A stretch of DNA of 64,000 nucleotides from an uncultured Alphaproteobacteria bacterium (GCA_963738595.1 CAVTXF010000002.1:215168-279167), one strand, 5' to 3'; positions 49,564 to 57,839 are shown, numbered from the stretch's first letter. Notes: generated from the sequence alone by a model not told the origin. Program-made: numbers and translations.

Positions 49564-51533
49564 GCCGCGGCACCTGCGAGCCTGACGCGATGCGGTGCGC
49601 CAATACGGAAACGCCGGTCGGTGAGCGAGACAAAGCCGCCCAACGCCATGGTGAAACCGCCGATCCACAGGAAGGGGGCGAGTGGGTGATAATAGAGGCG
49701 CACCGTCCACTTGCCCGACTGATCGGCCTCGCCAAGTGCAATGTAGAGATTCGAAATGATGTTGGTCCGGATTGCCGTTTGCGTTACCTGATTTTGCTGC
49801 AACGGGAAAAAGCGACGTTCTGCCACCATGGTGGCGAGCGACTTACCGTCGAGCGTCACATCGAAGGTTCCCTGCTCTGCTTCATAGTTGGGGCCATTGG
49901 CCTGGGTGATGCCCCGCAATGTGACCATGTAACCCGCAATCTCGGCTGTTTCGCCCGGGGCCATGGACAGAATGTTCTCGCGTTGCCAGGTTGATACAAC
50001 AGTAATTGCACCCACAAGGAGGCCAAGCCCGAGATGGGCGAGGACCATGCCAAAGACGCTGCGCGGTGTATTGGCGAGAAGGCTCACGGATGAATCAAGT
50101 GAAGTCTGGGCGAGCTTGATGCGGGTGAACAATGCCCAGACTGCGCCCAAGATGAGCCACAGCGACAGCGCGATACCGCCCGCGGTGAAGATGTAGGACA
50201 GGTGGCCGAATGCAAGGACCGCCAGAAATGCCGCCAGTGCAATCACCAAGGGTATGCGCAGCTTCTGCAACGCAGGCACCACTTCGTCGCGCTTCCATTT
50301 CAGCATCGGCCCAACTGACAATGTGAGCAGCAGCAGAATGAAGATCGGGACGAAGGTGCGATTGTAGAAGGGCGGGCCAACGGAGATCTTGTCGTTGCCC
50401 ATGAGGTCGATCAGCAAGGGATAGAATGTGCCGATGAAGACGGTTGCAGTTGCGGTCACAAGCAGCACATTGTTGAGGGACAATCCGCCTTCGCGGCTGA
50501 CGAGGGAGAATGGCACGCCGGATTTCACCTGCGGGATGCGCAAGGCATAGAGCAGCAATGCGCCGCCCGTTGCCACCGAGAGAATGGCGAGAATGAACAC
50601 GCCGCGTTCAGGGTCCTGGGCAAATGCATGGACACTTGTGAGGACGCCTGAGCGAACGACAAAGGTGCCGATGAGACTCAACGAGAATGTGAGAATGGCG
50701 AGCAGGATGGTCCAGCTCACCAGAGCGTGACGACGCTCGACCACGATGGCCGAGTGCAGCAGGGCCGTGCCTGCGAGCCATGGCATAAGCGACACGTTTT
50801 CAACCGGATCCCAGAACCACCAACCGCCCCAGCCAAGAATATAATAGGCCCAGAAGCTGCCGAGCGTGATGCCCATTGTGAGGAAACACCAGGCAGCCAG
50901 AACCCAGGGCCTGACCCAGCGGGCCCAAGCAGGATCCACTTTTCCCTCGATGAGAGCTGCTACCGCGAAAGAAAAGGTGACGGAAAATCCGACGTAACCG
51001 AGATAGAGACAGGGCGGGTGAATGGCGAGGCCCGGATCCTGCAAAAGCGGATTCATGCCATTGCCTTCAGCCGGTGCGAAGGCAAGGCGCGCAAAGGGAT
51101 TCGAAGTGAAAATGACAAAGGCCAAAAAAGCTGAGGCAATCATACCCTGCACTGCAAGGACACGCGCCTTCAACTGATGCGGAAGTGCTGATCCGAAAAC
51201 CGCGATGAGACATGAGAACAATGTCAACACCAGAACCCACAGCAACATCGAACCTTCATGGTTGGCCCAAACACCGGTAAATTTATAGACAAGTGGTTTG
51301 GTTGTCTGTGAATGAGTCGCAACCAAGGCCAGTGAAAAATCTGAGCTCACGAATCCTGCTGTCAGAAGTGCAAATGCGGCAGCGACGCACACAAAGGCCG
51401 CAATGGCGCCATAATTCCCTAACGCCATCAGGCTTTCATCGCGCCTGTTTGCGCCGATGATTGGTGCTACTGATTGCACCAAGCACACTGAAAAACCTAA
51501 CAAAAGCGCAAACAGTCCAAGCTCTGCAATCAT
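49560..51533 (-). CDS. ccmF: Cytochrome c heme lyase CcmF/CycK
   Basis: WANHEGSMLLW, NPLLQDPGLAIHPP, WWD motif WGGWWFWDPVEN.SLMPW, VRSGVLTSVHAFA, SVGPPFYN; start at ATG 51533. Confidence 0.97.
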   Translation of the reverse strand: MIAELGLFALLLGFSVCLVQSVAPIIGANRRDESLMALGNYGAIAAFVCVAAAFALLTAGFVSSDFSLALVATHSQTTKPLVYKFTGVWANHEGSMLLWVLVLTLFSCLIAVFGSALPHQLKARVLAVQGMIASAFLAFVIFTSNPFARLAFAPAEGNGMNPLLQDPGLAIHPPCLYLGYVGFSVTFSFAVAALIEGKVDPAWARWVRPWVLAAWCFLTMGITLGSFWAYYILGWGGWWFWDPVENVSLMPWLAGTALLHSAIVVERRHALVSWTILLAILTFSLSLIGTFVVRSGVLTSVHAFAQDPERGVFILAILSVATGGALLLYALRIPQVKSGVPFSLVSREGGLSLNNVLLVTATATVFIGTFYPLLIDLMGNDKISVGPPFYNRTFVPIFILLLLTLSVGPMLKWKRDEVVPALQKLRIPLVIALAAFLAVLAFGHLSYIFTAGGIALSLWLILGAVWALFTRIKLAQTSLDSSVSLLANTPRSVFGMVLAHLGLGLLVGAITVVSTWQRENILSMAPGETAEIAGYMVTLRGITQANGPNYEAEQGTFDVTLDGKSLATMVAERRFFPLQQNQVTQTAIRTNIISNLYIALGEADQSGKWTVRLYYHPLAPFLWIGGFTMALGGFVSLTDRRFRIGAPHRVRLAGAAA

Positions 51534-51706
51534 GTTTTTTCCATTCATCCCAGGTTATCAGGCTGCCACAAAATTGACTAAAGTTTTATCGGAGAAAAAG
51601 CAAAAAAACATCGATTTTCTCCACATTTGTTAGCTGATTGTCAGACTAAGGTATGTAAGGACGGCAGCAAGAAGAAAAGTTCCTTTTAACAGCCGGGGGC
51701 ATTCTG

Positions 51707-52687
51707 ATGAGTACTGCGTTATCGCGCAAGTCTGCGCGTGAACTTGTTGCATTTGATCCAGCCGTAAATCCGGCTTCACGACCGCCACAGCGCAGTGCAC
51801 CGCGTCCCGGCTCCAAGCCTGCGCATGTTGCTGCACCGTCTGCGCCGCGCGAAGGTCTTGGAACATATTTCATCCTTATCACATCGTTGCTGGCGATTGC
51901 CTATGGCTATTCGACACGCAATGCCGATGTGTTTGTTCCCTATGAAGGGGCCGGCTACTGGATTGGTGTTGCCGGCGGCAGCGGCATGCTGCTGCAGCTT
52001 GCCTATTCATCGGTCAAGCGGCTGAAATTTTTCCGGCGTCTTGCGGCTTCACGCATGCTCTTCCAGATGCATATGGTGCTCGGTCTCGCAGCACCCATCC
52101 TCATTCTCTATCACGCCAATTTTTCTTGGGGGGCAACGAACAGCAATGTGGCACTTGGCACCATGCTTGCCGTGGTTGCCAGCGGGCTGATTGGCCGCAT
52201 CGTTTACCGGCACATCCACTTTGGTCTGCACGGTGCCAAGGCCAACGCGAACCAGATGTTTGAACATGCCCGACACCTTTTGGGCGACATTGAAGAAGAT
52301 GTCGGCGGTTCGCAGGGTCAAATTGCGGCACGGCTTGCGAATTTCGCCGCGTTGCCGATCTTCCACGAGCGGTCATTGTCGCGGCAATTCGTTTCGGCGC
52401 TGGTCATACCTTTCAAAGTGCGGCTTGCCAGACTAAAGTTCAATTCAATGATTCGGCGAACCGTTGCTGAAAATGCGGTCAGAAACGGTTGGTCTAACGC
52501 AGAGCTGGCACGCCACAGGAAACAAGCACAACTGCATGTCAGGGATTTTCTCCAGTCTTTCAGCGCTGCCTCGCAGCTCGCCTTCTGGGAACGGTTGTTT
52601 TCAGTCTGGCACCTGCTGCATGTGCCCTTGTTCTACCTGCTGCTGGTCAGTGGCGTGGCTCACGTCATCGCAGTCCACTGGTACTGA
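51707..52687 (+). CDS. Inner-membrane bis-heme-b protein of the ferric-reductase-like transmembrane superfamily
   Basis: About 5 hydrophobic helices; two H-x13-H pairs (H-MVLGLAAPILILY-H and H-VPLFYLLLVSGVA-H); long helical soluble insert; first gene of the cytochrome operon. Confidence 0.72.
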   Translation: MSTALSRKSARELVAFDPAVNPASRPPQRSAPRPGSKPAHVAAPSAPREGLGTYFILITSLLAIAYGYSTRNADVFVPYEGAGYWIGVAGGSGMLLQLAYSSVKRLKFFRRLAASRMLFQMHMVLGLAAPILILYHANFSWGATNSNVALGTMLAVVASGLIGRIVYRHIHFGLHGAKANANQMFEHARHLLGDIEEDVGGSQGQIAARLANFAALPIFHERSLSRQFVSALVIPFKVRLARLKFNSMIRRTVAENAVRNGWSNAELARHRKQAQLHVRDFLQSFSAASQLAFWERLFSVWHLLHVPLFYLLLVSGVAHVIAVHWY

Positions 52688-52696
52688 GGATGTTCC

Positions 52697-54070
52697 GTGA
52701 TCAGGAGGCTGGCCCAATTCCAAATTGGCCTGGCCTTCCTGGTGGGTCTGGTGTTTCTTACAGGTCCCCTGTGGGCGCAAAACACAGTCGAAAACCTGGT
52801 TCAGCCTGACCTGCTGGCGACAGCACACAAGAAACTCGAAGAAGACTGCAGTACCTGCCACATGGCCTTCAAGAAGGCTGCGCAAAGCTCACTCTGTGCC
52901 GATTGCCACAAGCCGGTGAAACAAGACATTGCCAAGGGCGAGGGCTTCCACGGCAAGAATCCCCTGGTGAAAAAGTCCGAGTGTGCCAACTGTCACGCTG
53001 AACACAAGGGTCGCGACTTCAAACAGGACCGGTTCACCAGCATTACCTTCAACCATACTGAAACGGATTACCCGCTTGATGGCAAGCATGCCCAGGTGGA
53101 TTGCAATGGTTGCCATTTGCCGGGCAAGAAGTTCAGCGCAGCACCACATGCCTGTTTCGACTGTCACGAGAAGGACCAGCCACATCGCGGCAATCTGGGA
53201 AACAAGTGCGAGTCCTGCCACAACACCAAAGACTGGAAAAAGACCGCGATCTTTGACCACAGCAAGACAGACTTTCCGCTGAATGGCGCGCATGCCAAGG
53301 CGACATGCTTTGGTTGCCATGTCGGAGAAGTCTACAAGGGTGTCTCCAAAACATGTTTTGGCTGCCACGCGATGCAAGATGTGCATGATGCGCGGTTTGG
53401 CGAAAAATGTGAGAGCTGCCACACTGAAAAAGACTGGAAGCACAAGGCTTTTGATCATGGCAAGCTGACGCGCTTTGCCCTGACAGGGGCCCATGCCAAG
53501 GCCGCATGTGCCGACTGTCATGGCAAGAACCTCACATCAAAACTGCCGATGGGCTGCTTTGATTGCCACAAGAAGCAGGATGTCCACCTGGGCCAGCTTG
53601 GACAAAATTGCGAGAGCTGCCACAAGACTTCTGCCTGGCGGCAGGATGTGACATTCGACCATGCGCTCACGGCGTTTCCGCTGTCTGGTTTGCACGTCGC
53701 AGTGGCCTGCGAAAGTTGCCATGCGAGCCCAGCCTATAAAGATGCCAAGACAGATTGCTTCTCGTGCCACAAGAAGGACGACGTGCATGAAGGACGGCTC
53801 ACGGCAAAGTGTGAAAGTTGTCATTCGGCCTCCGGCTGGACAAAGGTTGCCTTCAACCACGATACCGGAACGAAATTCCCGCTGACGGGGGCGCACAAAA
53901 AGCTTGGTTGCCATGGCTGCCACAAAGAGAAAAACGTGGTTTCGGCCAGCCTTCCGGTTGCGTGTTATGCCTGCCACAAGGCCCAGGACATACATCGCGG
54001 GGCGTTTGGCCAGAACTGCGCCGAATGTCATTCAACGGTCAGTTTCAAAGGCGCAATTATCCGTAAATGA
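52697..54070 (+). CDS. Periplasmic multiheme cytochrome c, 18 CxxCH
   Basis: Hand count of 18 CxxCH; Sec signal ending PLWA-Q; GAGGA RBS, GTG start; five ~68-aa triheme repeats. Confidence 0.93.
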   Translation: MIRRLAQFQIGLAFLVGLVFLTGPLWAQNTVENLVQPDLLATAHKKLEEDCSTCHMAFKKAAQSSLCADCHKPVKQDIAKGEGFHGKNPLVKKSECANCHAEHKGRDFKQDRFTSITFNHTETDYPLDGKHAQVDCNGCHLPGKKFSAAPHACFDCHEKDQPHRGNLGNKCESCHNTKDWKKTAIFDHSKTDFPLNGAHAKATCFGCHVGEVYKGVSKTCFGCHAMQDVHDARFGEKCESCHTEKDWKHKAFDHGKLTRFALTGAHAKAACADCHGKNLTSKLPMGCFDCHKKQDVHLGQLGQNCESCHKTSAWRQDVTFDHALTAFPLSGLHVAVACESCHASPAYKDAKTDCFSCHKKDDVHEGRLTAKCESCHSASGWTKVAFNHDTGTKFPLTGAHKKLGCHGCHKEKNVVSASLPVACYACHKAQDIHRGAFGQNCAECHSTVSFKGAIIRK

Positions 54071-54211
54071 GTCATTAATCCGAATCATTTCACTAGACTT
54101 TACGAATGAATCCTGACTTTAGTTAACGCGCCAAAAGCATGGGGAAAACGGCACTCCGGCTGAAACTGACAAAGCGCTGACAGGGTTCGCGCCGCGATCG
54201 GAGAGGAAGGA

Positions 54212-54268
54212 ATGCACAGAGGAAAAAGTCCAGTGGTGCCGTTGTCGGAAGAGTCGCTGCTTTCGTGA
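54212..54268 (+). other. Possible 18-codon upstream ORF (MHRGKSPVVPLSEESLLS) whose stop overlaps the GTG of the 17-heme gene
   Basis: Purine-rich GGAGAGGAAGG just before ATG 54212; TGA 54266-54268 overlaps GTG 54265-54267. Confidence 0.3.
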
Positions 54269-55632
54269 ATGGTGCGCTGTCATATTCCACAATCGCCAAT
54301 GCCGCCTTGCGTGGCATTGTGGCGTTGTTTGTGCTTCTCGTGCTGGCTTGCGGGTCTGCTTCCGCAGAAACAGTGATCGACAAGAATTTCGACCACTCCA
54401 GGACCAACTTTCCGCTGACCGGCAAGCATATCGATGTACGGTGCGAAACATGCCATGCGGGAGCCAAGTTCAAAGGTACTCCTACTGCCTGCTTTGCCTG
54501 CCATGACGGCAAGACAGCGTCGGGCAAGAGCCGCAATCATCCACCGACCACGAACCAGTGCCTGGACTGCCATGACACGGCACGCTGGAAAAATGTAAAG
54601 GTCGATCACAGCAAGATCTCGACCAACTGCTTCAGTTGCCATGACGGAAAGATTTCAACCGGCAAAAGCAAGACACATATTCGCAGCAGCGCAACATGCG
54701 AAGACTGCCACCAGGTGAGCACGTGGAGTGTCGCAAAATTTGACCATGCGATGACGACACTTCCCTGCGCCAGCTGCCACAATGGCGTGCAGGCCATCGG
54801 CAAGGGTCCGAAACATGTTCCTTCATCCAACAATTGCCTGTCCTGCCACACGACAGCGAAGTGGGAACTCAGCGGCTTTGATCATGCCGGCATTACCGGA
54901 TCGTGCTTTGGATGCCATAACGGGCGGGTCGCGACAGGCAAAACGCGCAATCATGTGAAGACCACCAATACCTGCGAAGACTGCCATTCGGTGCGGGTGT
55001 GGATTCCGACGACACGCTTTGACCATGCGTCAGCTCTCGGCAGCTGTGTGAGCTGCCACAGCGGCAAGGTGAAATCCTCTGAAGGGACGATCCAGGGAAA
55101 GTCGCGCAGCCACTTCAAGACAACCGATGCCTGTGAAACCTGTCATAGTGTGACAACCTGGACCACCTCGCGCTTTGACCATGCGGAAGCGCTGGGGACG
55201 TGTTTTTCGTGCCACGACAACCGGCATCCGCCAGCAGGTGGCAAGGGTCGCCGGCATTTTGCAACGTCGAATGCCTGCGAGGCCTGCCATGTTGTTTCAA
55301 CGTGGATCACTTCACGTTTCGATCACGCCGAGGCCAGCGGAACATGCTACTCGTGCCACGACAACAACCATCCGCCAGCCGGTGGCAAGGGCCGCAGGCA
55401 CTTTGCCACGTCGAATGTGTGCGAGGCCTGCCATGTCAATTCGACCTGGACGACCTCGCGCTTTGATCACGCGGAGTCGACCGGGACCTGCCTGTCGTGC
55501 CATGACAACCGGCATCCGCCAGCCACCGGAAAAGGGCGCAGGCACGTTGACACGGTGAAACCCTGCGATATATGCCACCTCAGCACTGCTGACTGGACGA
55601 TCCTCGATCCCAACTGGCCGCAGCTGCAATGA
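54265..55632 (+). CDS. Exported multiheme cytochrome c, 17 CxxCH, possibly a lipoprotein
   Basis: Hand count of 17 CxxCH; hydrophobic signal with VLAC (lipobox-like) and ASA-E (SPase I-like); one triheme plus seven diheme modules. Confidence 0.92.
   Translation: MNGALSYSTIANAALRGIVALFVLLVLACGSASAETVIDKNFDHSRTNFPLTGKHIDVRCETCHAGAKFKGTPTACFACHDGKTASGKSRNHPPTTNQCLDCHDTARWKNVKVDHSKISTNCFSCHDGKISTGKSKTHIRSSATCEDCHQVSTWSVAKFDHAMTTLPCASCHNGVQAIGKGPKHVPSSNNCLSCHTTAKWELSGFDHAGITGSCFGCHNGRVATGKTRNHVKTTNTCEDCHSVRVWIPTTRFDHASALGSCVSCHSGKVKSSEGTIQGKSRSHFKTTDACETCHSVTTWTTSRFDHAEALGTCFSCHDNRHPPAGGKGRRHFATSNACEACHVVSTWITSRFDHAEASGTCYSCHDNNHPPAGGKGRRHFATSNVCEACHVNSTWTTSRFDHAESTGTCLSCHDNRHPPATGKGRRHVDTVKPCDICHLSTADWTILDPNWPQLQ
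55170..55600 (+). repeat. Three tandem 144-nt (48-aa) diheme repeats within the 17-heme gene
   Basis: GCCA(C/T)GACAA recurs at 55211, 55355 and 55499; unit FDHAE..GTC.SCHDN.HPPA.GKGRRHF.TS..CEACH...W.TSR. Confidence 0.88.
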
Positions 55633-57833
55633 AGTATCGCGCATTCAAACAGTTGCACGGATTCAGCGCCAGCGTGATCGCATGCACGGTCGCCGCTTCG
55701 AGCCAGACCAGTATCGCGCAATCCGTGCCCCAGAAACTGATGACGTCCCTGCAAGTGACCGAAGATGGAAATTGCGAGCAAATTCACCTTCGGCTGAATG
55801 AAGCGGCGAACTTTGCCGGAGCGACACAAAGCGGAACGTCGGCCATCGTCGAAATTCCCATCGAGATCCTCGCGGGTGATACTCCGACACTGCCGACGGC
55901 AGAAATTCTGCCCGTCCCGGCCGACAATGCGGCTGGTGTGAAGACAATCGGATTTTTGCGAAATGCCGGGCAAACGCCCGCGATTGCCATCCGGTTTAAC
56001 GCAGCCGTCAACTATCGCATCATCATGGACGCTGAAACGCGCCATATCAGGGTTGATGTATCCAAGTCCGGCAGCACAGCGGCCTGCAACACAGGCCAGG
56101 CTGCAGTCGGCAGCATCACGCAACAGCCGCCAGCAGGGCCACTGGCACAAGCCAGTACCGCGATTGCGGCGGGACTCCATGAAGAGGCGCTGAAACTTCT
56201 GGCTCCCCTCATCGTGTCACTTGCCGGAAACGACAAGCAGAAGGCGATGGAACTCAATGGTCTGGCACTTGAGCGTCTCGGTCGGCTTGATGATGCCAAG
56301 TTGCAGTATGAAGCAACTCTCGCGCTTTTTCCCTCCCATGAAAGCAGCGGTCGCATCCGGCAACGCCTCGCTGATGTCGTTGATGCGCTGAACGCAGCAG
56401 CAATTGATGATGCAGCCAAGGGCGACCTGCCGCGCGAACTGCAGGGCGGTGACAAGGCCAACGAGAGTCTTGCCGACAACAGCGGGGCGCTGCGGGGGAC
56501 AATTGCACCCGAGAGCACGTTGCGCAGCATGCGCAAGATCAAGGACCCGGTTGTTGATCCTGACGCCTGGACCTGGACCAAATATGGCCTGGCCGGACAA
56601 GCCTATTACCGTGACGACCAGTTGGGTGATGACCATGAGCTTGTTGAAAGCGAAGTGATCAGCAATGTCAGCGTTGCCTTCAAGGGTGAAAACCAAAAAC
56701 GTGTTGTTTCCCTGCGGGTGGATGCGCTGAACCGGCAAGACCTTGGCATCAATGGCAACGAACGCAAGAACAGTGTCGCGACGTTCTATGCCGACGTTCT
56801 CGACAAGCCTTCCGGTGCTTCGGCGCGCATCGGCCGGCAGGTGCGCAATGATGGTGGCATCTTCGGGCGGTTCGACGGCGTTTCGATGACGTACAAAGCG
56901 AACAAGGCCCTTGACCTGTTGATTGCCGCAGGTTCGCCGGTTTATGACCGTGGCGCGCTTCCCTTTGAAGATGAGATGTATTTTTTCAGCGCCAGCGGGG
57001 TTTATGAATTCCCGGACAGCCCGTGGAGCAGCGAAGTCTACGTGATCGAGCAACGGGCTGGCAGCATCGTTGACCGGCGGGCGATTGGCAGCGAACTGAG
57101 ATATGAAACCGATGACCTTTCGGGCTACACGGGCATTGATTTTGATTTCAACCAGAACAAGGTCAGCAGCGCATTCATTTCAGCAAACTGGCAAGCGAAT
57201 GACCGGCTGGCGCTGAACGCGTCCCTGGACTTCCGGACGCAGCCATTCTTGCTGACATCCAACGCGCTCTCAGGGCAAGAACTGGACAGGCTGCCGAGCC
57301 TGGTCAACCTGCTTGGTGAAAAGCAGGTGCTGATCCTGGCCAAAGACCGGACCGCTGACGCGGTGACGGCAGCACTTGGCATCAGTTATACATTCTCTGA
57401 CACATGGCAAATGTCATTCGATGCCTTGTGGTCAGATGTGTCGGGGATGCCAGCTTCCGGCGGCATTGATGAAATCCCCGAACTTGCCAATGACATTTAT
57501 GTGGGGGCCTATCTCAATGGTACCAGCATTCTCAAGACTGGCGATACATTGGGACTTGGCCTGACCTACAGTCATGGTGAAAGGCGCTCGAAGATCGGCG
57601 CTGACATTTCCTGGCGCTTCCCGGTTGACGAGGCATTGCGCCTTACCACGCGGCTCAGGACCACTGTGACCACGCGCAACGGGGACGCCATCTACAGCAT
57701 CACGCCCAGCATTGGTGCGCGTTACCGGATCGACAAGCACTGGCTGCTGGAGTCGGAGCTTGGAGTGACCCTGCAAAACGGCGAAATGCCTGCAGAACTG
57801 CAGGCATTTGCCGGATACAGATATGAATTCTGA
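55629..57833 (+). CDS. Outer-membrane beta-barrel protein with an N-terminal periplasmic beta domain and TPRs (putative cytochrome-associated porin)
   Basis: ATGA overlap with the 17-heme gene; TPR (KAMELNGLALERLGRLDDAKLQYEATL); ~420-aa C-terminal region of alternating amphipathic strands ending AGYRYEF (terminal-Phe BAM signature). Confidence 0.8.
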   Translation: MKYRAFKQLHGFSASVIACTVAASSQTSIAQSVPQKLMTSLQVTEDGNCEQIHLRLNEAANFAGATQSGTSAIVEIPIEILAGDTPTLPTAEILPVPADNAAGVKTIGFLRNAGQTPAIAIRFNAAVNYRIIMDAETRHIRVDVSKSGSTAACNTGQAAVGSITQQPPAGPLAQASTAIAAGLHEEALKLLAPLIVSLAGNDKQKAMELNGLALERLGRLDDAKLQYEATLALFPSHESSGRIRQRLADVVDALNAAAIDDAAKGDLPRELQGGDKANESLADNSGALRGTIAPESTLRSMRKIKDPVVDPDAWTWTKYGLAGQAYYRDDQLGDDHELVESEVISNVSVAFKGENQKRVVSLRVDALNRQDLGINGNERKNSVATFYADVLDKPSGASARIGRQVRNDGGIFGRFDGVSMTYKANKALDLLIAAGSPVYDRGALPFEDEMYFFSASGVYEFPDSPWSSEVYVIEQRAGSIVDRRAIGSELRYETDDLSGYTGIDFDFNQNKVSSAFISANWQANDRLALNASLDFRTQPFLLTSNALSGQELDRLPSLVNLLGEKQVLILAKDRTADAVTAALGISYTFSDTWQMSFDALWSDVSGMPASGGIDEIPELANDIYVGAYLNGTSILKTGDTLGLGLTYSHGERRSKIGADISWRFPVDEALRLTTRLRTTVTTRNGDAIYSITPSIGARYRIDKHWLLESELGVTLQNGEMPAELQAFAGYRYEF

Positions 57834-57839
57834 ACGCGC

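Noticed and set aside
51534-51706. FNR/FixK box or phase-variable homopolymer in the divergent promoter
   Set aside because: No TTGAT-N4-ATCAA is present, and the A7 and T6 runs are too short to argue for slippage.
55170-55600. Regularly spaced repeats as a possible CRISPR array
   Set aside because: The 144-nt period is in frame within a cytochrome, the units are similar along their whole length with no unique spacers, and no cas genes are present.
55629-55700. Lipoprotein call for the barrel (VIAC matches the lipobox pattern)
   Set aside because: The h-region is short and polar, an SPase I-like SIA-Q site follows, and a C-terminal barrel argues for an ordinary outer-membrane protein; unresolved without a predictor.
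52697-57833. mtrA/mtrB/mtrC, pioAB or omcS/omcZ gene names
   Set aside because: Heme counts (18, 17) and repeat grammar differ from decaheme MtrA/MtrC and from Geobacter filament cytochromes, and the barrel has an N-terminal TPR region unlike MtrB. The analogy is architectural only.
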